A stretch of 64,000 nt of DNA, from contig JACCYQ010000044.1 in the NCBI GenBank assembly GCA_013696395.1, forward strand, positions 620 through 64,619, given 5' to 3'. A program made the translations under genes and the position numbers. The stretch is from Chitinophagaceae bacterium (GTDB taxonomy: Bacteria; Bacteroidota; Bacteroidia; Chitinophagales; Chitinophagaceae). This document shows positions 9,640 to 19,465 of this stretch, piece after piece (positions within the stretch are counted from its first letter, which is position 1; each line of letters starts with the position of its first letter). Under the pieces are notes generated by a model that was not told where the DNA came from, did not search any database, and was given only the letters and a program-made list of their open reading frames with translations.

Positions 9640-10602
9640 TTAATACTTTCTATCGGTAACGTATCCAACCAATTCTTCCATCCCGGTCCTGATCTCGGAT
9701 TCTGGAAATTCTTTTAAAATGTTCATGGCTTCCAGTTTATAAAAATTCATTTTCTCTTCAGCATAAGTAATTCCGCCTGCTTCTATCACTTTGTTTATTA
9801 CAAACTGTACTTTTTCTTTTTTCTTGTTCTCATTTTTAATGATGTAGATCATTTTGGAGCGGCTTTCTTTGTCGATATTGTTTAATGTATAAATAAGTGG
9901 AAGTGTCAGCTTTTTTTCCTTGATATCATTGCCGGTTGGTTTTCCTACATTATTGGTTGAATAATCGAACAGGTCATCTTTTATTTGAAAAGCTGTTCCT
10001 ATATTTTCTCCAAACAGCCTCATTTTTTCAGTTATCTTCTTGTCATTGCTGGTTGACCAGGCGCCTGCTGCACAAGCTGAAGCCAATAAAGAAGAAGTTT
10101 TATTTCGAATAATTTCAAAATAAATGTCTTCATTTAAATTAAGGGACCTTGATTTTTCCATTTGAAGCAATTCCCCTTCGCTCATTTTCCTAACAGCTGT
10201 TGAAAGTATATGGAGTATTTCATAATCATTATGGTCGAGGGAGAGTAAAAGTCCTTTTGCCAGCAAATAATCCCCCACCAAAACAGAAACTTTGTTCTTC
10301 CAGAGGGCATATACTGAAAAAAAGCCCCTGCGTTCCAACGAATCGTCAACAACATCATCGTGAACCAGGGTTGCGGTATGTAAAATCTCAACCAGGGAAG
10401 CCGCCCGGTAAGTTGAATCATTTACAGTTCCACATAGCCTGGCTGCCAAAAACACAAACATGGGTCGAAGTTGTTTACCTTTTCTTTTGACAACGTACCG
10501 CATAATGCGGTCCAGCATAGGAGTATGACTCTTTACAGCGTCCTTGAATCTGGCTTCAAAGATCTTTAATTCGTCCTTAATAAGCGATGTGGGAAGTTGC
10601 AT
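9640..10602 (-). CDS. polyprenyl diphosphate synthase (IspB/octaprenyl-type)
   Basis: The first Asp-rich motif is LVHDDVVDD and the second is QIKDDLFD. Length is 320 aa. It lies 14 nt upstream of recJ on the same strand. Confidence 0.85.
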   Translation of the reverse strand: MQLPTSLIKDELKIFEARFKDAVKSHTPMLDRIMRYVVKRKGKQLRPMFVFLAARLCGTVNDSTYRAASLVEILHTATLVHDDVVDDSLERRGFFSVYALWKNKVSVLVGDYLLAKGLLLSLDHNDYEILHILSTAVRKMSEGELLQMEKSRSLNLNEDIYFEIIRNKTSSLLASACAAGAWSTSNDKKITEKMRLFGENIGTAFQIKDDLFDYSTNNVGKPTGNDIKEKKLTLPLIYTLNNIDKESRSKMIYIIKNENKKKEKVQFVINKVIEAGGITYAEEKMNFYKLEAMNILKEFPESEIRTGMEELVGYVTDRKY

Positions 10603-10726
10603 AATATATGCGCGGAAAGATACGGAGCAAAAAAATAAAGTGGCAGACGTGCAGCAAAAAGGTACTTAAAATTGACTATCACTCCGGCAAATCATATGAA
10701 ATTCAACGATGTTCAAATTTAAAAAA

Positions 10727-10757
10727 TTTGGTTATTAGTTGTCAATTTATATTTTTG
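10727..10757 (+). promoter_or_regulatory. candidate Bacteroidota promoter (-33 TTTG, 19-nt spacer, -7 TAttTTTG)
   Basis: TTTG at 10727-10730 and TATTTTTG at 10750-10757 have the canonical spacing of about 19 nt. The -33 element sits in a 7-3-7 inverted repeat, CAAATTT-AAA-AAATTTG (10714-10730). Confidence 0.5.
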
Positions 10758-10805
10758 CGTATAATTTGGACATAGTTTAACGTAAATTTCTATTAATTTT
10801 TAGTT

Positions 10806-12410
10806 ATGGCAAGCAAAAAGTACAGTCTTCTGGCAGGAATTATCTGCCTGTTTGCATCAGCTGGTTTTTCACAAACTACCGGTTATGATGCAGCGGATTC
10901 CTCGGTGGTTCCCACCAGCAGGATGCCTCAGCACACAGAGTTTTTAAATGGTACATACAACTACCCGGCAAAACCCCGAAATATGTGGGAGGTGGGTATT
11001 AAAGGCGGACATTTCGCTTTGAGCAGTGATGTTGCTTCGAGACCCGGATATGGTTTCGGCGCTCACGTTCGTAAAGCCTTTGGTTATGTATTTTCAGCAC
11101 GATTACAATACATGTATGCGTCAGCACGTGGTTTAAACTGGGTTCCTTCTGGTAACTATAGTGCCAATGAGGCCTGGAACGGTTATACCGGAAATGTTTT
11201 TTATAACTACAAAACCAAAGTTCAGGATCTTGCATTAGAAGGTATCATTACCTTAAATAATATTCGTTTTCATAAAGCTAAAACCGGTTTTAATGTTTAT
11301 GCATTTGCAGGTTTAGGAGCTACAATTTATGATGCACGTATTAATGCACGTAATGAAAATGGCGGACTTTATAATTTTTCAGGCGTTAATGGTGGTGTTT
11401 ACGAAAATCGTAAAGATACCCGCGACCAATTGAAATCCTTAATGGATGATTCTTATGAAACAGAAGCTCAAAACCACGGCGATCGTCGCCCTAAGTTATT
11501 TGGTGATACTTTTAAACCAGTAGGACACGTTGGTGCAGGCGCAGCTTTAAAATTAAGCAACCGCATTAATTTGGCACTGGAATACAGGTTTACAACTACT
11601 AAAGATGACCTTTTAGATGGTCAGCGTTGGGCAGAACAAACACCTAACAATCCTGTATTAACTCGTGATTACGATACTTATCATTATACAACTTTAGGTT
11701 TAAACTTTAACCTTGGAGCAAGGGCTGTTGAACCTTTATGGTGGCTTAATCCTCTGGATTATGCTTACAGCGAGATTCGTAATCCTCGGTTGATGCGTTT
11801 ACCAAAGCCAGTTCTACCTGATGCTGATGGTGATGGTGTAACTGATCAGTTTGACCAGGAACAAACTCCTGAAGGTTGCCCAGTTGATACACACGGTGTG
11901 AGTTTAGATACTGATGGTGACGGTGTACCAGATTGCCTGGATAAAGAATTGATTACTCCTACTTATTGCCAACCTGTTGATGCAGATGGTGTAGGTAAGT
12001 GCCCTGATCCTGAATGTTGCAAGAATATGGTAGCAGGCGGTGGTGAATGCTCTGCTGCATTAGGAGCTTTACCAAGCGTTACTTTCTCTGGTAGTGGTGT
12101 TACTGTAAATAACGATGCTTCCAGCTTACTGGCAAGTGTTGCAGCCCGTATGCGCAACAATCCAGCTTGTAACGTTGTTGTGATTGGGTATTGCTCATCT
12201 AATAAACAACAACAACAAAGAAGTTGGGATAGGGTAAATGCTGTAATTAATCACATGGTTGAGAGAGAAGGCATCAGTGCTAATCGTTTTATCTTTAACT
12301 ATGGCCAGGACGGTGGTGATTGCAACACGGTTGATCTGCGTGCAGCATCAGCTGGTGAAGAAGGTCCAAATACGGTACCAGCTCCACATCCAAACCTGAG
12401 AAGAAACTAA
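10806..12410 (+). CDS. OmpA-family outer-membrane protein with thrombospondin type-3-like Ca-binding repeats
   Basis: It has a signal peptide (LFASAGFSQ) and an N-terminal half rich in beta-strand signatures. DADGDGVTDQFD and DTDGDGVPDCLD repeats follow, then a degenerate OmpA-like C-terminal domain. Confidence 0.75.
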   Translation: MASKKYSLLAGIICLFASAGFSQTTGYDAADSSVVPTSRMPQHTEFLNGTYNYPAKPRNMWEVGIKGGHFALSSDVASRPGYGFGAHVRKAFGYVFSARLQYMYASARGLNWVPSGNYSANEAWNGYTGNVFYNYKTKVQDLALEGIITLNNIRFHKAKTGFNVYAFAGLGATIYDARINARNENGGLYNFSGVNGGVYENRKDTRDQLKSLMDDSYETEAQNHGDRRPKLFGDTFKPVGHVGAGAALKLSNRINLALEYRFTTTKDDLLDGQRWAEQTPNNPVLTRDYDTYHYTTLGLNFNLGARAVEPLWWLNPLDYAYSEIRNPRLMRLPKPVLPDADGDGVTDQFDQEQTPEGCPVDTHGVSLDTDGDGVPDCLDKELITPTYCQPVDADGVGKCPDPECCKNMVAGGGECSAALGALPSVTFSGSGVTVNNDASSLLASVAARMRNNPACNVVVIGYCSSNKQQQQRSWDRVNAVINHMVEREGISANRFIFNYGQDGGDCNTVDLRAASAGEEGPNTVPAPHPNLRRN

Positions 12411-12432
12411 TAGCTTCTTTTAATATTTATTC

Positions 12433-12464
12433 GAAGCCCTCCGTTGTGGAGGGCTTCTTTTTTG
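12433..12464 (+). terminator. rho-independent terminator
   Basis: GAAGCCCTCC-GTTGT-GGAGGGCTTC forms a 10-bp perfect stem and is followed by TTTTTTT. Confidence 0.85.
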
Positions 12465-12535
12465 TGCTTTATCAAAATCTTAACTAGGTCTTTTTGGGCT
12501 ACTTCTTTTTTTTCTAAAGATTTGCCGGGATTCTT

Positions 12536-12543
12536 TAACTTTG
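12536..12543 (+). promoter_or_regulatory. candidate -7 box (TAacTTTG) for bamD
   Basis: This is an exact TAnnTTTG match 9 nt upstream of ATG 12553. The ORF-track start at 12541 is the TTG inside this box. Confidence 0.4.
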
Positions 12544-12552
12544 CCCGCCTTT

Positions 12553-13353
12553 ATGAGATATATTATAGCTATTTTAGTCTTTTCCCTGTTAGCCGGTTGT
12601 GGCGGTATCAATAAGATTTTGAAAAATAAGGATCCTCATTATAAGTTGAGGATGGCAGAACAGTATTATGCAAAGAAGAAATATAATTATGCTCAACAGA
12701 TTTACGAAGATGTAATGCCTTTCTTTAAGGCTGAAAAGGAATTTGAAGACATTTATTATAAATACGCATATACGGCTTATTATCAGCGGGATTATATGAA
12801 CGCTGAAAATCTTTTCAAAACATATCTCGAAATTTTTCCGAATAGTGCCAGGGCTGAAGAAATTGATTATATGCGGGCTTATACTTTTTACCTGCAATCA
12901 CCTAAACCTGAACTTGACCAGACTAATACAATTAGGGCCATGAATATGATGCAAATATTTATTAATACGCATCCAGGTTCAACCCGTATACCAGAAGCAA
13001 ATGCTATTATTGACGAGGCCCGAAAGAAACTGGAAATCAAAGACTTTAAAAGTGCTCAATTATATTTTGATATTGGCCAATTTAAAGCAGCTGCAGTTTC
13101 ATTCAGTAATCTCCTGGATGCTTATCCTGAATCTGAGAGTTCTGATTCTTATAAATTAATGGAAGTTCGTTCGTACTTTCGTTACGCTGAAATGAGTGTG
13201 GCTGGAAAAAAGGAAGAAAGATTTAGTAAAGTAATAGAAGTGGCCAATGATTTTATGGACCGTTTTCCTGAAAGTAAATTAGTTAAAGAAATAGAGGTAT
13301 TTATAAATTTGTCTCAAAACAATCTTAAAACACTAATCAATGAGCAGACTTAG
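12553..13353 (+). CDS. bamD: outer-membrane protein assembly factor BamD (TPR lipoprotein)
   Basis: MRYIIAILVFSLLAGCGG is a lipoprotein signal with a lipobox. The body is TPR-like, and the gene sits in the conserved Bacteroidota order bamD-rpoZ-coaBC. Confidence 0.8.
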   Translation: MRYIIAILVFSLLAGCGGINKILKNKDPHYKLRMAEQYYAKKKYNYAQQIYEDVMPFFKAEKEFEDIYYKYAYTAYYQRDYMNAENLFKTYLEIFPNSARAEEIDYMRAYTFYLQSPKPELDQTNTIRAMNMMQIFINTHPGSTRIPEANAIIDEARKKLEIKDFKSAQLYFDIGQFKAAAVSFSNLLDAYPESESSDSYKLMEVRSYFRYAEMSVAGKKEERFSKVIEVANDFMDRFPESKLVKEIEVFINLSQNNLKTLINEQT

Positions 13354-13681
13354 AAGACAATTGAGTTCCAGTACTGGAAATAATGTTGAAACCCGTAACC
13401 TGAATGATTTGAAAGTTAAAACCGGAAATTTGTACGGTTCTATCTCCATAATTGCAAAAAGGGCTAACCAGATAAACATTTCTTTACGTGAAGAATTGCA
13501 TAATAAACTGGAAGAATTTGCCAGTCATACTGATAGCCTGGAAGAAATTCATGAAAATAAGGAGCAGATCGAAATTTCAAGAGCCTATGAAAGAATGCCA
13601 AACCCTGCTTTATTAGCTACCCAGGAGTTTTATGAAGACAAAATATTTTTCCGGAAAAATGAAGATGAATTATTCAGCTAA
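13340..13681 (+). CDS. rpoZ: DNA-directed RNA polymerase subunit omega (Bacteroidota long form)
   Basis: LYGSISIIAKRANQI resembles the omega core motif. The protein is 113 aa and lies between bamD and coaBC. The call rests on position plus one motif. Confidence 0.65.
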   Translation: MSRLRRQLSSSTGNNVETRNLNDLKVKTGNLYGSISIIAKRANQINISLREELHNKLEEFASHTDSLEEIHENKEQIEISRAYERMPNPALLATQEFYEDKIFFRKNEDELFS

Positions 13682-13708
13682 TTATTACTGGTTCCGATAA
13701 ATTTGTTT

Positions 13709-13740
13709 AAGCGATCTGCATGCAGGTCGCTTTTGTATTT
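13709..13740 (+). terminator. hairpin plus T-run between rpoZ and coaBC (terminator or attenuator)
   Basis: AAGCGATCTGCA pairs with TGCAGGTCGCTT (one mismatch) and is followed by TTTTGTATTT. The ORF-track ATG at 13720 lies in the hairpin apex. Confidence 0.5.
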
Positions 13741-13761
13741 ATCGGGTTAATATTATTTTTG

Positions 13762-14964
13762 ATGTTGATGCTAAAGGATAAAAAAATATTATTAGGAATT
13801 AGCGGGAGTATTGCCGCATATAAAGCCGTTATTATCACTCGTTTATTGATAAAAGCCGGGGCTGAAGTAAAAGTGATAATAACACCATCCGCTAAAGATT
13901 TTGTAACGCCTCTTACACTTTCTACACTTTCCAAAAATAAAGTGTTGAGTGAAATATTTTCAGGGGATGAATGGGAAAATCATGTAATGCTTGGGCGTTG
14001 GGCTGATTTAATGCTTATAGCACCGTTAAGCTGTAATACATTAGCTAAAATGGCTAATGGTATTTGTGATAATTTATTAATGGCTGTTTATTTGTCCGCT
14101 ACCTGCCCTATTGTGGTTGCGCCTGCTATGGATGAAGATATGTGGCATCATCCATCAACAAAAAGAAACATCCATACGATTATATCTTATGGTAATCATG
14201 TGATTCCTGTAGATAAAGGAGAATTGGCCAGCGGGTTATTTGGTGATGGCCGGATGGGGGAGCCGGAAAATATTCTCCATTTTTTAGAAAATTTTTTTAA
14301 TCCGGTTTTGCCGTTAAAGGGAAAAAAAGCTTTGGTTACAGCTGGTCCCACAAATGAGCCCCTGGATCCTGTTCGCTTTCTTAGTAATCATTCATCGGGA
14401 AAGATGGGCATTGCATTAGCCCATGAACTAAGAGGCCAGGGTGCTGAAGTTAAACTTGTTTTAGGGCCAGTTCAACAACCTTTCAAAATGGATGGATTAA
14501 ATGTTTCTCATGTAAAGACGGCAGAAGAAATGTACGATGCCTGCATTTTAGAATTTAATCAAATGGATATTGCAATTATGGCGGCAGCCGTTGCAGATTA
14601 TACACCCGTAACTACCGAATCATCTAAAATCAAAAAAAAGGAAGATTCTATTACCATGGAATTCAAAAAGACTAAAGATATTTTGAAGCGCCTGGGAGAA
14701 ATGAAAAATAAAAACCAGGTGGTAGTTGGGTTTGCATTGGAAACTGATAATGAAATTCAGCATGCAAAAGAAAAATTAATGGCCAAAAAAGCGGATATGA
14801 TCATTCTGAATTCAATGAAAGATGAGGGAGCTGGCTTTGGCGGAGATACAAATAAAGTAACCGTTTTTGATAAAAATGGAGGTGAATGGCGATTTGAAAC
14901 CCGAAGTAAGCAAGATGTTGCAAAAGATATCGTTAATACCATAATAGATTTGTATTATGCTTAA
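13762..14964 (+). CDS. coaBC: bifunctional phosphopantothenoylcysteine decarboxylase / phosphopantothenate-cysteine ligase
   Basis: The flavoprotein N-terminus KKILLGISGSIAAYK and the CoaB motif MAAAVADYTP are present. I moved the start to ATG 13762 (ATG 13768 is the alternative), downstream of the hairpin. Confidence 0.9.
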   Translation: MLMLKDKKILLGISGSIAAYKAVIITRLLIKAGAEVKVIITPSAKDFVTPLTLSTLSKNKVLSEIFSGDEWENHVMLGRWADLMLIAPLSCNTLAKMANGICDNLLMAVYLSATCPIVVAPAMDEDMWHHPSTKRNIHTIISYGNHVIPVDKGELASGLFGDGRMGEPENILHFLENFFNPVLPLKGKKALVTAGPTNEPLDPVRFLSNHSSGKMGIALAHELRGQGAEVKLVLGPVQQPFKMDGLNVSHVKTAEEMYDACILEFNQMDIAIMAAAVADYTPVTTESSKIKKKEDSITMEFKKTKDILKRLGEMKNKNQVVVGFALETDNEIQHAKEKLMAKKADMIILNSMKDEGAGFGGDTNKVTVFDKNGGEWRFETRSKQDVAKDIVNTIIDLYYA

Positions 14965-15874
14965 AAAAATAATTTTTACATTTTTCATGGCGGGGTTTGT
15001 TGTTACCGGGCATTCCCAGGAACTACAGGCCAGGGTTACCGTTTTAGCCAACCGCGTTAGTACCCAGGTTGATAAAAAAATCTTTAATACATTGCAAACA
15101 TCCATATATGATTTTTTGAATAATCGTAAATGGACTACAGATGCATATTTGCCGAATGAAAAAATTGATTGTAGTTTTTTTTTGAATATCGATCAGGAAC
15201 TTGGATCAAATATATATCGGGCCACTTTAACCATACAGGCAGCAAGACCTGTCTATAATTCTACTTATTCATCCCCTCTTATTAATTTTCAGGATGATAA
15301 TGTAGTGTTTCGGTACCAGGAATTTCAACCATTGGAATTCAATGAAAACAGGATACAGGGAAACGATCCTGTCGCTGCTAATTTAACCGCAATCCTGGCC
15401 TATTATGTAAATATTATTCTTGGTTTGGACTATGATGCATTCGCTTTAAGGGCAGGCGATGTGTATTTTAAAAAGGCACTCAATATTGTAAATAATGCAC
15501 CTGAAGGTCGGGATGTTGCCGGATGGAAACCTTTTGATGGAATGCGAAATCGTTATTGGTTGGCAGAAAATTTAAACAATAATCGGTTTGCTTTGATTCA
15601 TGATGCGCTGTATACTTACTATCGCAAAGGAATGGACGCTTTCTACGAAGATGAAAAAACAGGTCGTTTGGAAATACTTAATGGATTGAATTATCTTAAT
15701 ACGGTGCAAACAGATAATCCGAATTCTATGTTTATGCAGGTATTCTTCCAGGGAAAAAGTAATGAGCTGGTTAAAGTTTTTAGTAAAGCAAATACAGACC
15801 TGAAAATAAGAGCAAGGGAACTTTTATTAAAATTGGATATTTCAAATTCCGGGGTTTATAAGGATCTGAAATAA
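14957..15874 (+). CDS. DUF4835-like secreted protein
   Basis: It has a signal peptide and the remembered family pattern ARVTVLANRVSTQVDKKIF..L...I..FLNNRKWT. It lies directly after coaBC with an 8-nt overlap. Confidence 0.6.
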   Translation: MLKKIIFTFFMAGFVVTGHSQELQARVTVLANRVSTQVDKKIFNTLQTSIYDFLNNRKWTTDAYLPNEKIDCSFFLNIDQELGSNIYRATLTIQAARPVYNSTYSSPLINFQDDNVVFRYQEFQPLEFNENRIQGNDPVAANLTAILAYYVNIILGLDYDAFALRAGDVYFKKALNIVNNAPEGRDVAGWKPFDGMRNRYWLAENLNNNRFALIHDALYTYYRKGMDAFYEDEKTGRLEILNGLNYLNTVQTDNPNSMFMQVFFQGKSNELVKVFSKANTDLKIRARELLLKLDISNSGVYKDLK

Positions 15875-15946
15875 AAAAACAATTAATCTCTGTGCAATCA
15901 ATCTATTCAGGAATATATCAAAGATGAATGGTTCAAAAATAATCAC

Positions 15947-16363
15947 ATGAAATATCTACTTTTTTTTTTCCTGATATTTATTTGTGCTTGCAAGGATAGT
16001 AATCCACCTGAAGAAATTTTATCTCCAGAAAAAATGCAGATTGTTTTATGGGATATGATAAGGGCCGATGAATTCCTTGTAAGTTATGTTTTGAGAGATA
16101 CATCTCTAAACAGAAAAATGGAATCTTTAAAAATGTATGAGAAAGTTTTCGAATTGCATGAAATATCAAAAGTTACTTTTGAAAGAAGCTTAAAATATTA
16201 CGAACAAAACCCGAAAATCTTAAAACCGATTATGGATAGCCTGCATTCCCGTGCTGATAAAAGAGAATTAATTGACGCTATCCCGGATGAAGAAAATATA
16301 CAAGGGTCTATGCCTGTAAAAATAAAGGCTGATAAAAAGCGAGATACTACTCAAAGCTTTTAG
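15947..16363 (+). CDS. DUF4296-like lipoprotein
   Basis: MKYLLFFFLIFICAC is a lipobox signal, and PEEILSPEKMQIVLWDMIRADEFL resembles the DUF4296 core. Confidence 0.55.
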   Translation: MKYLLFFFLIFICACKDSNPPEEILSPEKMQIVLWDMIRADEFLVSYVLRDTSLNRKMESLKMYEKVFELHEISKVTFERSLKYYEQNPKILKPIMDSLHSRADKRELIDAIPDEENIQGSMPVKIKADKKRDTTQSF

Positions 16364-16531
16364 TATTAATATCATTTACCTTCAATAGTAATGCTGTGTT
16401 AAATGCGATTGTAGAGAAGAACGCATCAGTGTTTACTTATTAAGAATTATTGATTAATCTTTTCAACTCAGGCCAAAAAAAATTATCTTCAAATTTTTAT
16501 AGGAGAATTAATTTTATTTAAATAAAGGCAA

Positions 16532-17233
16532 ATGAACAAAACTGTTTTTAATGCTGCGGAGGCCGTAAAAGATATCCAAAATGGAGCCATTATTATGCTT
16601 GGTGGATTTGGATTGTGTGGTATTCCTGAAAATTCTATCAATGCTCTTGTTAATAAAGGTGTGAAAGAGTTGATTTGTATTTCTAACAATGCCGGAGTAG
16701 ATGATTTCGGATTAGGATTATTATTAAAAACCCGGCAAATAAAAAAAATGATGAGTTCTTATGTTGGTGAAAATGCTGAATTTGAAAGGCAATTATTAAA
16801 TAATGAACTGGAAGTAGATTTGATTCCGCAAGGAACTTTGGCAACCAGGATCCAAATGGCTGGAATGGGTATTCCTGCCTTTTATACACCTGCAGGATAT
16901 GGAACTGAAGTTGCGGAAGGAAAAGAAAGCCGGGAATTTAACGGAAAAATATACTTAATGGAACATGCGCTGCATGCAGATTTTGCTATTGTAAAAGCCT
17001 GGAAGGGAGATAGGTTTGGTAACCTTATTTTCAGAAAGACTACTCGAAATTTCTCTACATCTATGGCTAAGGCAGGAACTATAACGATTGCTGAAGTGGA
17101 ACATCTGGTTGAACCTGAAGATATGGACCCTGATCAGATTCATGTTCCCGGAATTTATGTTCACCGCATTTTCCAGGGAAAGGATTATGAAAAAAGAATT
17201 GAAAAAGTAACAACAAGGATCGAAAGGAATTAA
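16532..17233 (+). CDS. 3-oxoacid CoA-transferase subunit A
   Basis: The N-terminus [25 protein letters not shown] and SNNAG are typical of family I CoA-transferase A subunits. Length is 233 aa. Confidence 0.9.
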   Translation: MNKTVFNAAEAVKDIQNGAIIMLGGFGLCGIPENSINALVNKGVKELICISNNAGVDDFGLGLLLKTRQIKKMMSSYVGENAEFERQLLNNELEVDLIPQGTLATRIQMAGMGIPAFYTPAGYGTEVAEGKESREFNGKIYLMEHALHADFAIVKAWKGDRFGNLIFRKTTRNFSTSMAKAGTITIAEVEHLVEPEDMDPDQIHVPGIYVHRIFQGKDYEKRIEKVTTRIERN

Positions 17234-17261
17234 ATAGAACAACTACTTTAAATCATTCAAT

Positions 17262-17918
17262 ATGGCATTGGATAAATATGGTATAGCCAAACGCATTGCG
17301 CAGGAACTGGAAGATGGGATGTATGTTAATTTAGGCATTGGTATTCCCACACTTGTGGCCAGTTATATTCCTTCAGGAATCAGTATTATGTTACAGAGCG
17401 AAAATGGCATGTTAGGTATAGGGCCATATCCTACAAATGAGGAAGTTGATGCTGATCTTATCAATGCGGGTAAAGAAACAGTTAGTATCTTACCCGGAGG
17501 TTCTTTCTTTGACAGTTCTGAAAGTTTTGGCATGATCAGGGCCGGAAAAGTGGACCTCACTGTTTTAGGTGCAATGGAAGTAAGTGAACAGGGAGATATA
17601 GCTAATTGGAAAATTCCAGGTAAGATGGTTAAAGGTATGGGTGGGGCAATGGATCTTGTTGCCAGTGCAAAAAATATCATTGTTGCAATGATGCATACTA
17701 ACCCAAAGGGCGAATCGAAATTATTATCACAATGTACATTGCCATTAACTGGTGTAAAGTGTATAAAAAAAGTAATAACAGATTTGGCAGTTTTAGAAGT
17801 AACTCCGGATGGATTTAAATTGCTTGAAAGAGCTCCAGGTATTAGTGTAGATGAAATAAAATCTAAAACCGCAGGTAAACTTATTGTTGAAGGTGAAGTA
17901 CCTGAAATGAATATTTAA
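17262..17918 (+). CDS. 3-oxoacid CoA-transferase subunit B
   Basis: [12 protein letters not shown] contains the catalytic-Glu motif (SENG), and GMGGAMDLV is present. It follows subunit A by 28 nt. Confidence 0.9.
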   Translation: MALDKYGIAKRIAQELEDGMYVNLGIGIPTLVASYIPSGISIMLQSENGMLGIGPYPTNEEVDADLINAGKETVSILPGGSFFDSSESFGMIRAGKVDLTVLGAMEVSEQGDIANWKIPGKMVKGMGGAMDLVASAKNIIVAMMHTNPKGESKLLSQCTLPLTGVKCIKKVITDLAVLEVTPDGFKLLERAPGISVDEIKSKTAGKLIVEGEVPEMNI

Positions 17919-18574
17919 TCTATCAGGTTATTTTTTACAGCAAAAAATACCAGGCCTGCAGTATTCTTACTTCCAAATCTTTCCATTAACCGGTCTTTAA
18001 TTGCTTCTACGGTTCGGGGACTTATCTCCATCTTTTTTGCAATTTCCTGGGCGGTAAATTCCATGCAAATAAAGCGAAGTACATCTTTTTCCTTATCACT
18101 TAAGGTAATTTCATTATTCAGGCTTGGAACTACTTTTTGCCGGGCGTGAGATTTTTTCAAGAGAATTCGATTCACAAAATTATTCAGGTAATACCCTTTT
18201 TCAAAAACTTCCATAATGGCCCGCCTGATTTCCTGGGGCTCCGCATTTTTTAACAAGTATCCATTAGCGCCATTTTCCATGAGGTGATAAACAAACCGTT
18301 CATCTTCATACATGCTCAAAACTATAATATGGATATTTGGGTATAATTTGCTTAAAGCCTTAGTTGTTTCAATACCATCTTTTGTAGGCATGCGCAGATC
18401 CATTAAAACTACATCTGGTTGCGAAACAGCTATACCATTTAAAAGATCTTCACCATTTTCAGCTTCCTGAACAAATTTAATATTGGTAAATGGACGAAGT
18501 GAAAGAATGACCCCCTTCCTGAAAATTTTATGATCATCTGCAATGGCAACTTTAATACTTTCCATAGTTTTCAC
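17915..18574 (-). CDS. NarL/LuxR-family response regulator (RR1, paired with the kinase)
   Basis: The receiver domain has DD (IADDH), the phospho-acceptor context VVLMDLRMP, and K in YLLK. The C-terminal LuxR-type HTH reads [22 protein letters not shown]. Confidence 0.9.
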   Translation of the reverse strand: MKTMESIKVAIADDHKIFRKGVILSLRPFTNIKFVQEAENGEDLLNGIAVSQPDVVLMDLRMPTKDGIETTKALSKLYPNIHIIVLSMYEDERFVYHLMENGANGYLLKNAEPQEIRRAIMEVFEKGYYLNNFVNRILLKKSHARQKVVPSLNNEITLSDKEKDVLRFICMEFTAQEIAKKMEISPRTVEAIKDRLMERFGSKNTAGLVFFAVKNNLID

Positions 18575-18595
18575 ATAAGGATCAAAGATAAAAAT

Positions 18596-19429
18596 TTAAT
18601 CATGATTATAAGGATGATCCTTTGGTATTTCAAGTGTTACCTTGTAATAAGTTTGAGACACATCTTTTTCAAAGTTGATTGATCCATGTGCCACTTTCAA
18701 CCGGCTGCTGATGTTTTTCAAACCTAACCCGATATGACTTTTATTTAATTTATCGAAATCAGATTGAATGATTCCTCTTCCATCATGGTGTATACGTAAA
18801 AAGAATTTATCGCCATGAGAGTTCTGCGTTAAATGTATAAAACTGGAACTACTATGTTTTAAAATATTATTTATTAATTCCTGTACCACCCTGAAAACAA
18901 TTAATTCTTTTTCTGGTTTTAATCTTTCCTTATAATCATGAAAACGACTGCTTGCATTAATACTTCCTGATCCGCTTATTTTTTGAAACAGGTCATTAAC
19001 AGCTGACTCCAGCCCAAAATTTTTAAGCGTTGGTGGCATCAGGCTATGACTGATATTCCTAACCAATTGAATAGTGTCATCAAGAATCTGGCGGGCCTGA
19101 TAAATGGATTGAAGTTGTGTGGCTTTATCCTGGTTTACCAGATTTTCATTTAAGTATAAACGCGCTGTTGCTAATAAAGGGCCGGCATCATCGTGTAAAT
19201 CAGCGGCTATTCGTTGCCGTTCCTCTTCCTGTAGTCTGATGGATGCATTTAAAAGAACTTTTTGTTGTTCATGCTCCATTTGTTGAAGTTTGTTCTGGTA
19301 ACGGATTACTTTACGCTGATGAAAAATGATAAACATGATAAGCCCTATTGTAAGCACCAGCATACCAAGCGTACCTATAAAAAGTACCATGGATATTCCG
19401 GATGTATTTGAAGCTTGCAAAAAGAACAT
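18596..19429 (-). CDS. sensor histidine kinase, HisKA_3 type, single TM, no periplasmic domain
   Basis: One N-terminal hydrophobic helix is followed by a coiled coil. The H-box is AADLHDDAGPLL, the N-box VVQELINNILKHS, and the G boxes HHDGRGI and GLGLKNISSRL. Confidence 0.9.
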   Translation of the reverse strand: MFFLQASNTSGISMVLFIGTLGMLVLTIGLIMFIIFHQRKVIRYQNKLQQMEHEQQKVLLNASIRLQEEERQRIAADLHDDAGPLLATARLYLNENLVNQDKATQLQSIYQARQILDDTIQLVRNISHSLMPPTLKNFGLESAVNDLFQKISGSGSINASSRFHDYKERLKPEKELIVFRVVQELINNILKHSSSSFIHLTQNSHGDKFFLRIHHDGRGIIQSDFDKLNKSHIGLGLKNISSRLKVAHGSINFEKDVSQTYYKVTLEIPKDHPYNHD

Positions 19430-19465
19430 AGTGGTAGGTGGTGGTTGGTGGTGGTAGAGTTAGTT

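Noticed and set aside
12541-12543. The ORF track gives TTG or GTG starts at 12541 (bamD), 25807 (PTPS copy 1), 25759 (mqnB), 52409 (guaB), 34263 (sprA), 48814 (cargo B), 41499, 50818 (DUF4105) and 23408, and an ATG start at 13720 (coaBC).
   Set aside because: Four of them (12541, 25807, 25759, 52409) are the TTG inside a TAnnTTTG promoter box. Start 50818 lies in the guaB terminator stem, and 13720 lies in the apex of the rpoZ-coaBC hairpin. In each case a downstream start (an ATG, or TTG 50767 for DUF4105) gives a sensible N-terminus, such as a signal peptide or a conserved motif.
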